A stretch of 64,000 nucleotides of DNA, taken from the NCBI GenBank assembly GCA_015061745.1, contig SUWB01000004.1, positions 47,883 to 111,882 on the forward strand, written 5' to 3'. Shown here in pieces: positions 8,879 through 17,241 of this stretch. The position numbers and the translations under genes are program-made. The notes beneath the pieces are model-generated. The model was not told where the DNA came from. It saw nothing but the letters and a program-made list of their open reading frames with translations, and searched no databases. How positions within the stretch are numbered: the stretch's first letter is position 1; each line of letters opens with the position of its first letter. The stretch is from Lentisphaerota bacterium. GTDB taxonomy: Bacteria > Verrucomicrobiota > Lentisphaeria > Victivallales > Victivallaceae.

Positions 8879-11421
8879 TTTTTCTCTGACAGTAAATTAT
8901 TCTTTTTTTCGACCGGCATAACATACCGGAATCCTACATCATTTCCCCCGCGGGAAGAATAAACAATATTAGAAAGCCGCGCTACGGAAGGTAATGAATG
9001 GTAAGAGTCTCCTGCAATAGCATACTTTCCTTTAAGACCGCCATTTTGAGCGGCCACTTTGACGAATTCGCGGACATTGCCTGAAAGATCAAAGACACCG
9101 TAAATAGAACAATCACCAGGCATTGAGCCCACTGGCAGGAAACCTGCTTTGTTAATAACGGCTCTGCTGTCGTCATATTCATTTCCCCAGGTGTATTCGG
9201 TACCGTCAATGCCTCCTGCGGCCTTGCTCCACTGAGTCCGGGTGGGCAGCTGGATGGGCCGCTTGAACTTTTTGCTCAGATAGGCACAGAACGCATCAGC
9301 GGCAAATCCGGAAATTCCGGTAACCGGATGATTCAGCGAAAGCCCCTTCCTTAAAAGTTTTCCGGAATCATCCCAGGAACGCAAACTTTGGAGTGTGCCG
9401 TTGTGGTCAAAATAATAGGAGGCATAAAGTTGTTTCAGCTTTTTATCCTTGAGATTGTTCCAGAATTCCAGATATTCCGCAACTGTGACCTCCGTTTGCT
9501 TTATCAGAAAATCATCTTCAATTGATTTGCGTCTGAAACCGTTGCTGATATCTGGAATATGGGTGAATTCACCTCCCGGGATAAAGACCATTCCCGGGGG
9601 GATGGCAGATGGCATAGAAAGGTCAGCCTTGTGCCGGACACTGAGGGAGGCGCGTATAGGAATTCTTTTTATACGGCCATCCGGAGTTTCTGCAATGACA
9701 GTATAAAGACCTACCGGCAGCTGGACTGTTTCAGTTTTATCCTCTTTTGGGGGGGCGTTCTGAAACGTAACCATCCGGCCGGAATTGTCTTCTATACGCC
9801 ATTTGACTCCGGAAACATTTTGTAGAATTACTGTTCCCGTTGCAGAAAGAGCCCGGCTGAACTGGCTGTTGAAGGGAGGATCACTCTTTCTTAACTGATC
9901 AAAAATATCTTTCCATTTTTTTTCGCACAGAGAGGTGAAATTTTTTAACTTTTCATCGTTTCTGGTCAGATGGCAGAAATCTGCGTAGGAAAGAAAAATC
10001 TTTTTAGCTGTCATATTGACATAATGGGGATTACGATATGAAACCGGGATACGTTCAATAATATCCAGCGTCGATTTGAAATCAGCTTCAGCATCAGCAG
10101 CATCTGCGGCAATGGCATTTTCCAAGGTTTGCATCTTGATTACGTCCAGAGACCCTTTGTCCAACTGAAAGACCTTTCTTTTTGCCTGCAAAAGACGTTT
10201 TTCTCCATCCCGGAATGAGAGGGCTGAAGCGTGTCTGAGAGATTCGACCTGGATTTTTTCTTGAAAAAACGAATAAAGGGAAAAAGCACACCAGGTCAGC
10301 AGAGAGAGAAAAAGCACGATGGGAACAACCGGGTGACGGAAAACAAATTTGCCGAACTTGTATATGGGGGAGGGGGAATAGGCCGCAACCGGCAGACCAT
10401 CCCGGTAATTCCTCAGATCTTCCAAAAGATCATTGACTGAATCATAACGATTTTCCGGCGTTCTGGCCATCGCTTTGAGGCAGATCGACTCCAGTTCTCT
10501 GGGGATCGCCATATCAGGAGAAGCGCATTTTCTGGGGGGAGGCAGTTTTTCCTGAACAACTTTCTTCTGGATTTCCTCAAGGGTCTCAGCTCCCTCAAAA
10601 GGAGAGGTTTTCAAGGTGAGAATGGAATAGAGCACGCACCCCAAGGCATAAATGTCGGATTTGACCGTTGCTTCATTGCTGCTGAGACTCAGGTGTTCCG
10701 GAGCCATAAAAACAGGAGTTCCTCCCATCTGGCGTTTTTTCTGTAATGCGGGGTCTGGGTCTTCCTTGCCGTATCCCGGCAGATAATGTGCCATACCCCA
10801 ATCCATAACCAGTACTTCGCCGAAGTTTCCGACCATAATGTTTTCAGGCTTCAAATCGCAGTGGCAGATACCATTCTGGTGGGCATAGTTGACTCCCTGG
10901 CAGGCACCCATAAAAATATCCACCAACCGGGGAAGGGGGAATTTTTTGCGGTATCCATTCCGGTTTTCTGAAAGTTTTTTCAGAATAGCCCTCAGAGTTT
11001 CTCCGGCGATACGCTTCATTGAAAAGTAGCAGCCCGCATCTTCAAAAACACCGATCCGGTGGACCGGGACGATGTTGGGGTGAGCGATCTGGGCCGTTAT
11101 CCGGGCTTCACGGATAAAAGCCATAATGCGCTCTTTCTGGTTGCGGTAACGGGGACGGAGGATCTTGAGAGCCAATTTTCGTTTCAGCCCCGGCTCTGTG
11201 GCAGCATAAACCGCCCCGAAACCGCCTATACCTATGGTATGCAGATCTTCATAAGCGGCCAGGCTGTTTTTTTCCGGAGGGGAAACCAGAGCTATGATTT
11301 CTTCCTGAGAAAGAACATCATCGCCGCCTGCTGCATCATCCAGAAGCTGAGTCAGATTTTCAGTTGATTGATCCAGTTGAAACAACGTGTCAACGGAACT
11401 GTGAGAAGTTAAATTCGGCAA
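8875..11421 (-). CDS. membrane Ser/Thr protein kinase with a C-terminal FGE/SUMF1-type (formylglycine-generating-enzyme-like) domain
   Basis: Hanks kinase motifs GIGGFGAVY, LALK, HCDLKPENIMV, DWGMA, GTPVFMAPE. TM helix VVPIVLFLSLLTWCAFSLYSFF. The C-terminal ~250 aa (FLIKQTEVTVAEY...HPVTGISGFAADAFCAYL...RLPTRTQWSKAAGG...GNVREF...GFRYV) looks FGE-sulfatase-like. Confidence 0.9.
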   Translation of the reverse strand: MPNLTSHSSVDTLFQLDQSTENLTQLLDDAAGGDDVLSQEEIIALVSPPEKNSLAAYEDLHTIGIGGFGAVYAATEPGLKRKLALKILRPRYRNQKERIMAFIREARITAQIAHPNIVPVHRIGVFEDAGCYFSMKRIAGETLRAILKKLSENRNGYRKKFPLPRLVDIFMGACQGVNYAHQNGICHCDLKPENIMVGNFGEVLVMDWGMAHYLPGYGKEDPDPALQKKRQMGGTPVFMAPEHLSLSSNEATVKSDIYALGCVLYSILTLKTSPFEGAETLEEIQKKVVQEKLPPPRKCASPDMAIPRELESICLKAMARTPENRYDSVNDLLEDLRNYRDGLPVAAYSPSPIYKFGKFVFRHPVVPIVLFLSLLTWCAFSLYSFFQEKIQVESLRHASALSFRDGEKRLLQAKRKVFQLDKGSLDVIKMQTLENAIAADAADAEADFKSTLDIIERIPVSYRNPHYVNMTAKKIFLSYADFCHLTRNDEKLKNFTSLCEKKWKDIFDQLRKSDPPFNSQFSRALSATGTVILQNVSGVKWRIEDNSGRMVTFQNAPPKEDKTETVQLPVGLYTVIAETPDGRIKRIPIRASLSVRHKADLSMPSAIPPGMVFIPGGEFTHIPDISNGFRRKSIEDDFLIKQTEVTVAEYLEFWNNLKDKKLKQLYASYYFDHNGTLQSLRSWDDSGKLLRKGLSLNHPVTGISGFAADAFCAYLSKKFKRPIQLPTRTQWSKAAGGIDGTEYTWGNEYDDSRAVINKAGFLPVGSMPGDCSIYGVFDLSGNVREFVKVAAQNGGLKGKYAIAGDSYHSLPSVARLSNIVYSSRGGNDVGFRYVMPVEKKNNLLSEKK

Positions 11422-11427
11422 AGGAGG

Positions 11428-13203
11428 TCACCGCTTTCGTTGAGGTTCATCTTTGAAGGCGCGGACAGCATTACCGAATTCATCAGCATAACGGGCTCCG
11501 GCTTGGGGGGTGACCGGGATTTTTACGGCCTTTTCCCAAAGCTTTGTGTCGGTGAAAAGAAGAACTTTAGCTTCACGTTTGCTGTCATTATCATAGCCGG
11601 TGACGACACCAACAAATCCGCCGTCCCGGGTAACGATAATGTCGCCGAGTTCTGCATTGAGCTGACTGCTGCTGCGGCTGCGGTCGTTGCGGATCAGCAG
11701 ATAGGGGAAGTCTTTACGGGGATCAAGGGAACAGCGTCCCACAAGGGAAGCACTGCTTGAACCGAATTTTTTGAAACTGAAAACGAAAAGATTTTCCAAA
11801 CCTTTTTCCATCAGCTCTTTTCTTGTTACCAGTTTCAGCGGAGTTCTGTTCTTTAGCGTCAATTCCACTGCGGCCAGTTTTTCGCCGCCCGGCATCTTGA
11901 CTGCCAGGATCGGTCCGGTCAACGGCTGCTGGACAGCGGAGTCGGGAAGTGAAAATGTGTAAGAAAGATCTGTGATGCTTCTGTAAAGCAGATTTGTTCC
12001 GGGAGTGCCTGTCAGCAGCTCAAAAGGAGCGATCGCCAGAGTCTTTTTTCCGAATTGAACCAGTACAGGAACATAGTTCCCCCTGGCAATACGTTCAAGA
12101 ACCATTGCCTTTTCACGGATAAAGAACTGCAGATTGAAGGCGGCTCCAGAGTAGCGTTTGAATGCTTCTGCGGCCGGTTTTGCTGTGACCTGTTTGAGGA
12201 TTTTTTCGGTTGCGGCAAGTTTTCCTTCTGCAAGTTTTGCCGCAGCTTTATTGGCATCAGATTCTTTTTTAGCTTCGGAAAGATCTTTGAGTGAACGTTT
12301 GACCAATTGCTGCATCTGGGCATTTTCCCGTTGAACTTCAGCAAGGACAAGTTTCTGCTGAGCGGCAGCACGCTGCAGTTTTAAAAGTTGTCCCTTATAA
12401 TCAGCATTGTCCCGTTCTGCGGTATTGAGCTTTCCTGTGGTAAAGGCAAGGGTACGTTGTAATTCCTGCCGTTCAAGAGAGACTTTACCGATACGGCTGT
12501 TCATTTCACGCAAAGCGTTTTTGACGCCGGAAAGATCTGCTTCCTTAGCGGCAATAGCACTGCGGGCGGCTGCGAGCTCCCGTTCAGTCAGGCGGCTTCT
12601 GGTCTCTGCACTGCCGAGTTTTTCCTGAACTTTGCGGTAATCTGCGGCAAGTTTACGCAGTTCAGCATTGGCACTGCGTTCAGCGTCTGACGTTTCGTTC
12701 AATTTTTTTTCTGTTTTGGCAAGCCGTTCTCTTTCGCCGGCCAGAAGTTTTCGTGTATGATCCAGCTCTGTTGAGGCTGTTTTTGCGTCAAGCTTCTGGT
12801 CTCTCAGGCGGATTTCCAGTTCCAAACGCCGTCTGGCTTCTTCTTCAAGTTTTGCCTGCAAGTCGGCGGCTGAAAGGTTACCGGTATTGGCGGCGGTCGC
12901 CTTCTGTGCCCGCTTGACATTTTCAATGCGGCGCATATTGTCGATCAATTCCTGAGTGATTTTTTTGACGGCCTGGTCAGTTTCCTGATTGACGCCTTTT
13001 TGAGATGCTGCCAGTCTGAGCTGCTGGCGCAAATTTTCCAGTTCCCTCTGCCGGAGTTCCAATTCACCCAGCAGAAGCCGTGTTGTACGCTCGTCCAACC
13101 CCACACCGGTACCGCCGGTATGGGCAGGAACCATTCCGGTCATCATCGACAGCATCGCTGAGACCAGAAAGTCGCAGATGACAATAAGAATGGCCCGGTT
13201 CAC
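11428..13203 (-). CDS. single-pass membrane protein with an Asp-containing N-terminal TM helix, ~300-aa coiled coil and ~230-aa C-terminal domain (MotB/ExbD/TolR-like anchor is an inference)
   Basis: GTG start overlaps the upstream stop (GTGA) and is preceded by GGAGAAGG. N-terminus is MNRAILIVICDFLVSAMLSMMTG. Roughly residues 40-340 are E/K/R/L/A/Q-rich heptad-like sequence. The C-terminus is beta-rich with ...GDIIVTRDGGFVGVVTGYD... Confidence 0.75.
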   Translation of the reverse strand: MNRAILIVICDFLVSAMLSMMTGMVPAHTGGTGVGLDERTTRLLLGELELRQRELENLRQQLRLAASQKGVNQETDQAVKKITQELIDNMRRIENVKRAQKATAANTGNLSAADLQAKLEEEARRRLELEIRLRDQKLDAKTASTELDHTRKLLAGERERLAKTEKKLNETSDAERSANAELRKLAADYRKVQEKLGSAETRSRLTERELAAARSAIAAKEADLSGVKNALREMNSRIGKVSLERQELQRTLAFTTGKLNTAERDNADYKGQLLKLQRAAAQQKLVLAEVQRENAQMQQLVKRSLKDLSEAKKESDANKAAAKLAEGKLAATEKILKQVTAKPAAEAFKRYSGAAFNLQFFIREKAMVLERIARGNYVPVLVQFGKKTLAIAPFELLTGTPGTNLLYRSITDLSYTFSLPDSAVQQPLTGPILAVKMPGGEKLAAVELTLKNRTPLKLVTRKELMEKGLENLFVFSFKKFGSSSASLVGRCSLDPRKDFPYLLIRNDRSRSSSQLNAELGDIIVTRDGGFVGVVTGYDNDSKREAKVLLFTDTKLWEKAVKIPVTPQAGARYADEFGNAVRAFKDEPQRKR

Positions 13204-13754
13204 TTGCCTTCTCCTTCTTTATTATCATCTGAAAGACGGAGCAGTTTTTGACGGAAAGGGTATTCCATAGTCAATTTCAGTGCAATACTGAACACAATAC
13301 CGATCAAAGTTGAGGAATAGGCGATCAAACGGCTGCTCTGGGGAGAAAATGTCATCACCAGAAAGGCGGATACTGTACCGAAAAGTCCCACATAAAGAGG
13401 CACGTCAAAAAAGATTCCCGCATTGTCCAACTGTTTGAGTTTTGAAGAAATAGAGTCTGCACTGTTTTTGATATTGCTGATGACAGCAAATCCCAGACCG
13501 AAAGCCAGAAGCTGAAGTGCTGTAATGACAGAAAAAATCAGCATTGATATCCAGGCGGCTATGCGGGTTTTTGCTGCAATGCTGGCAGGGGAGTTTTGAG
13601 CGACTTCGCCGACAACTTCACTGGAATCTCCGGAAAACAGCGTGCGGAATGCGGCAGAATTGTCAAAAAGCATAATCATTGCTGCAACAAAGCAGACCCC
13701 GATAATAAAAAGGATTGCAATGGGCAGTGCGGTACGTAATTTTCCATTTTTCAT
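13200..13754 (-). CDS. small (184 aa) 4-TM MotA/TolQ/ExbB-family-like proton-channel protein
   Basis: VPLYVGLFGTVSAF matches the ExbB/TolQ signature P-x-x-GLFGTV (E. coli PFIGLFGTVWGI / PYVGLFGTVWGI). Four hydrophobic helices by eye. ATG 13754 with CAGGAG upstream is preferred over the track's TTG at 13790. Confidence 0.6.
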   Translation of the reverse strand: MKNGKLRTALPIAILFIIGVCFVAAMIMLFDNSAAFRTLFSGDSSEVVGEVAQNSPASIAAKTRIAAWISMLIFSVITALQLLAFGLGFAVISNIKNSADSISSKLKQLDNAGIFFDVPLYVGLFGTVSAFLVMTFSPQSSRLIAYSSTLIGIVFSIALKLTMEYPFRQKLLRLSDDNKEGEGK

Positions 13755-13833
13755 ACGTTTGAGACTCCTGTTTTTAGCTTTGAAACTCAATATTTGTGAT
13801 TACAACATAAAAAGCTTATTTATTATTCATAAT

Positions 13834-13862
13834 AACATACGACACAGTTATGAAATATTCAA
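13834..13862 (-). promoter_or_regulatory. candidate promoter for the exbB-like operon (TTGAAT-17-TATGTT)
   Basis: Minus strand reads TTGAATatttcataactgtgtcgTATGTT, about 80 nt upstream of ATG 13754. Confidence 0.4.
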
Positions 13863-14046
13863 ATGAAAATCCTTTTATTTTCAGACTTTTTTCGGGATAT
13901 TTTTATTTTTTTGATTTTGTTCGGTTAAAAGAGTACCGTTTGAAATTATATGACCCTCCAGAATGTTGTCCCGCATATGCTGATCCGGAAAAATAACCCA
14001 AAAATATTAAAATGACTTTTTTTAAGTGATTTTCTAAAAAAAAGAT

Positions 14047-14075
14047 TTGACAAAAAGAGTAATCCGGTGTATACT
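14047..14075 (+). promoter_or_regulatory. sigma70-like promoter (TTGACA-17-TATACT)
   Basis: TTGACAaaaagagtaatccggtgTATACT. The predicted start site falls at about 14081-14083, the first base of the long helix described below. Confidence 0.65.
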
Positions 14076-14080
14076 ATGCA

Positions 14081-14181
14081 GTGGTCCGGGACTGGGAGCA
14101 ATGGAGGCTTGAATGCAATTTCTCCTCTTCATAAATTACTCCTCTTAAGCCTTTGTTGCTGCTGGTTCCGGGCCGCTTTTT
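14081..14181 (+). ncRNA. candidate ~100-nt structured small RNA or 5' leader: 30-position helix, 36-nt loop, U-tract
   Basis: 14081-14110 pairs with 14147-14176 at 29 of 30 positions, including 8 G-U wobbles that work only on the + strand. The loop GAAUGCAAUUUCUCCUCUUCAUAAAUUACUCCUCUU carries two CUCCUCUU motifs. UUUUU follows at 14177-14181. Confidence 0.5.
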
Positions 14182-14240
14182 GTAATAGAACTTTTTGCAC
14201 CGTCCGTGCAGAAAAATTTTTACCTCAAGGAGCTTTTACT

Positions 14241-15251
14241 ATGGATGAGACTCCCGATCTTTTTGAGTGGGCAGAACAACAGCGCAAGACTGTTGAAGCA
14301 TCTGAATGCGCTGCCCCTTCTGCCGTTGAAGAAAATATTGAAATATGTGATAACCGTCCGGTGGTGCTTATTGATGCTCTGAGTCAGATTTTCCGATCTT
14401 TCTATGCTATCCGCCAGTTGAATAATCACCGGGGGGAACCCGTTAATGCACTTTATCTTATGACTAAGCTGCTGCTGCAAATGGAAAAAGATCATTCCGG
14501 CTGCCGGGGAGCGTTGCTTTTCGATTCAGGTAAAGTGGCATTCCGTTTGGAATTGCTCCCTGAATACAAAGCGAACCGGCCGCCTATGCCGGAAGATCTG
14601 CAGCGGCAGATGCCCCGGATCGAAGAAATGGCACAGGCTTTCGGCTGGCCGTTGATCAAGGTCGAAAATTATGAAGCCGACGACCTTATCGGTGCTTTTG
14701 CTGTAAATCTCACAGGGCCGGTTTTTATCGTGACCGGAGATAAAGACCTTTCGTCTCTTGTGAATGAACAGGTGCATTTGTTGAAACCGGCACGTTCAGG
14801 CGGCGGATTTCAGGAGTGCGGACCAGAGGAAGTCCTCAGGGATTTCGGTGTCGTGCCTGAGCTTATTCCTGATTATCTTGCCCTCTTGGGGGACAGCGTG
14901 GACAATATTGACGGCGTACCCGGTATCGGGGCTAAAAGTGCTGTTGAATTGCTGAAAAATTACGGGCCTGCGGATTCCTGGTATGATGAAGCAGGTGTTT
15001 TCAAGTTCCCGGAGTCGAAATTTGCTGCCAAACTTCAGGGAAAACAGCCTTTGATCAAAAGGAATCTTGGATTGACCCGGTTGAAATGTCAGCTTCCTGA
15101 AGCATACGCCGATTGTGCTGCAGTTCTTGACAAAAAGGAGCCCGACTGGCAGAAAATCGCCAATATGTGTGCCGATAATGATTTCAAATCATTGTTGAAG
15201 GAACTTCCCGTAGCTCCGGAGGAAGTTAAACGGGAAAATGAACTTTTTTGA
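14241..15251 (+). CDS. stand-alone 5'-3' exonuclease (Pol I N-terminal / FEN-like domain)
   Basis: LPEYKANRPPMPEDL, ENYEADDLIG, VTGDKDLSSL and LLGDSVDNIDGVPGIGAKSAVELL are typical 5'-3' exonuclease/H3TH motifs. ATG 14241 has AAGGAG 9 nt upstream. The track's GTG 14067 extension covers the promoter and RNA. Confidence 0.9.
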   Translation: MDETPDLFEWAEQQRKTVEASECAAPSAVEENIEICDNRPVVLIDALSQIFRSFYAIRQLNNHRGEPVNALYLMTKLLLQMEKDHSGCRGALLFDSGKVAFRLELLPEYKANRPPMPEDLQRQMPRIEEMAQAFGWPLIKVENYEADDLIGAFAVNLTGPVFIVTGDKDLSSLVNEQVHLLKPARSGGGFQECGPEEVLRDFGVVPELIPDYLALLGDSVDNIDGVPGIGAKSAVELLKNYGPADSWYDEAGVFKFPESKFAAKLQGKQPLIKRNLGLTRLKCQLPEAYADCAAVLDKKEPDWQKIANMCADNDFKSLLKELPVAPEEVKRENELF

Positions 15252-15261
15252 GGAGAGAAAA

Positions 15262-15672
15262 GTGAGAAAATCTATTTGTGCGGCTGTGGCAGCTGTATTG
15301 CTTCTGGGTTCCGGCTGCGGGACATTGTTTTTTTCAGAACGTATCGGTAAAAAAATGTCCCGGCAGATCGACAGACGGGTTTTTGTGACCAATTGCATCC
15401 TGTGTCTGGCTGGAATCATTCCCGGAGTGGTCGCTTTTGTTCTTGACTACGACAATGAGACGATCTATTACACTGAAGCCGAATTGATCCCAGATGATTT
15501 TATGGACTATAAAGGTTCTTTCAATATGAAACAGATCCCCTGCAAAAAACTGGAGCTTGAACGGGCCGCAAGGATCCTGTCAGGAGTCCTGGGGAAAGAG
15601 ATCACGCCTTTGCAGCTCCGGTTGGCTGCCAAACAGGCCCCACAGGATTCCGGCAGAGTGTTTCAGAAATGA
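15262..15672 (+). CDS. hypothetical lipoprotein / membrane protein
   Basis: GTG 15262, preceded by GAGGAG, gives (M)RKSICAAVAAVLLLGSGC with a lipobox. A further hydrophobic helix follows. In frame with track ORF 15238..15672. Confidence 0.6.
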   Translation: MRKSICAAVAAVLLLGSGCGTLFFSERIGKKMSRQIDRRVFVTNCILCLAGIIPGVVAFVLDYDNETIYYTEAELIPDDFMDYKGSFNMKQIPCKKLELERAARILSGVLGKEITPLQLRLAAKQAPQDSGRVFQK

Positions 15673-15834
15673 TTTTTTTCTGTTGAAATCCCCGGAAAAT
15701 GACATCTCCCCGGTTGAAAAATCTTCAAATCGTGCTATAGTAAATACAGAAAATTTCTTTTGACACCTGTTACGGCAGTCAAAAAAAGAGGATTACAATT
15801 AAAGGTTTTTCAGAAGTTTTACAGGTGTGAAGTT

Positions 15835-17184
15835 ATGAATGACAGTGCTTTTTTGATATTATTTATTGCTTTTACAGCGATGATGAGTGTTATCCCGTTT
15901 TTTCTCCGCTGTTTCAAGATTCCGATGGTTATTTCTCTGCTGGTGGCAGGAATGTTGATCGGGCCGACCGGATTGAATCTGGTCAGCGTTCTTTCTGAAC
16001 CTCTGGCGTTTTTGGGAACTCCGCCTGCTGAAACGGTCAGTCACTTCAATTCTCTGGTCAACTCACTCGGGGCTTTGGGATTGATGTTTCTTATGGCTCT
16101 TGCCGGTATGGAAGCGGATTTCAGATTGATCAATTCTGCTAAAAAGCCGGTCATACTCCTGAGTATATTGACCTTTTTGATTCCTGCTGCTGCCGGATAC
16201 TGGGTTTATTGGTATTTCAAGCCTGACGATTTGCCCGGTAAGTTGCTTTATGCTTCTCTTTTTGCTTCCCACTCGGTCGGTATTGTGTTTCCGGTGATCC
16301 GGGAGCTGAAGCTTTCCAAGACCCGTTTCGGGGCAGCTGTTCTGATTTCGACTGTTATTACGGATATTGCCAGTATTATCCTGCTGGCCGTCAGTGTGCA
16401 GTTGCACCGGCAGTGGAATTCTCAGGCTCATATGGTCATAAAAGGGACTTTGTCGATTTTTGACCGTATGGATACTTCACTTCTGGGAAACAGTTTTACA
16501 CCGGTTTTTCTCCTGATTGTTTTCCTCTATCTTGCTGTTACCATTTTTGTGGTCAGCAAACTGGGGAACTGGCTGCGGAAAATTTTTCAGCCGAGTGAAG
16601 ATATGCTTATTACGCTGCTGCTGCTGGTCATTCTGGCAACGGTTCTTGTCGGAGAACTGCTCGGAATCAATTTGGTGGTGGGAGCCTTTATTGCCGGTCT
16701 CGGACTTTCCAAAGTCGTACAGAGTCAGGATATGGTGATTTTCCGCCGGTTTGAAAGCATCGGGTATGGATTTCTGATCCCGTTCCTCTTTGTTTCCATC
16801 GGAATGAAAACAGACTTTTCTGTCTTTGCTCAGGGAGGAAATCTGGCAATCATACTTTACACCGTGCTGGGATTGGTTATAAGTAAAGTTCTTTCCGGAT
16901 TTATTGCGATGAAGTGTTCCGGATTCAGTGCTCCGGCAGCGTTAAGTGCCGGACTGATGACTGTCCCGCAGCTTTCAGCCACTCTTGCGGCGGCGGCGAT
17001 CGGTAAAGATTTGGGAATCCTTGATACACAATTCTTTAACACGATCATCATTCTTGCTGTTGTGACCACGCTGCCGATACCTTCTCTTGTCAGGCTTGTG
17101 GTTGAACGCAGTAAATTGAGCTTTGCAGAAGCTGATGAGGAACATACTGCGCCCAAGGTGGTTCGTGAAGAAGAATTGCTCTGA
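15835..17184 (+). CDS. cation:proton antiporter (CPA1/CPA2, Na+/H+-exchanger family)
   Basis: Polytopic, about 12 hydrophobic helices. N-terminus IPMVISLLVAGMLIGPTGLNLV is typical of the Kef/NhaP family. Internal ATG 15835 (MNDSAF...) chosen. Confidence 0.85.
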   Translation: MNDSAFLILFIAFTAMMSVIPFFLRCFKIPMVISLLVAGMLIGPTGLNLVSVLSEPLAFLGTPPAETVSHFNSLVNSLGALGLMFLMALAGMEADFRLINSAKKPVILLSILTFLIPAAAGYWVYWYFKPDDLPGKLLYASLFASHSVGIVFPVIRELKLSKTRFGAAVLISTVITDIASIILLAVSVQLHRQWNSQAHMVIKGTLSIFDRMDTSLLGNSFTPVFLLIVFLYLAVTIFVVSKLGNWLRKIFQPSEDMLITLLLLVILATVLVGELLGINLVVGAFIAGLGLSKVVQSQDMVIFRRFESIGYGFLIPFLFVSIGMKTDFSVFAQGGNLAIILYTVLGLVISKVLSGFIAMKCSGFSAPAALSAGLMTVPQLSATLAAAAIGKDLGILDTQFFNTIIILAVVTTLPIPSLVRLVVERSKLSFAEADEEHTAPKVVREEELL

Positions 17185-17241
17185 TAACGTCAAGATGTTT
17201 TTTATTTGAAATATTTACAGGTAATAAATTTAAGGAGAGAA

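Noticed and set aside
11428-13754. Assignment of the ExbB-like / coiled-coil pair to Zorya (ZorAB) or to a Ton/Tol system
   Set aside because: In Zorya the long tail belongs to the MotA-like ZorA and is accompanied by ZorC/D or ZorE. Ton/Tol systems have TonB/TolA and a short ExbD/TolR. None of these partners or architectures is present.
14067-14240. GTG-initiated 58-codon N-terminal extension of the 5'-3' exonuclease ORF
   Set aside because: It would begin inside the promoter spacer and translate through the hairpin RNA. ATG 14241 has a good AAGGAG RBS, and homologous exonucleases start near that point.
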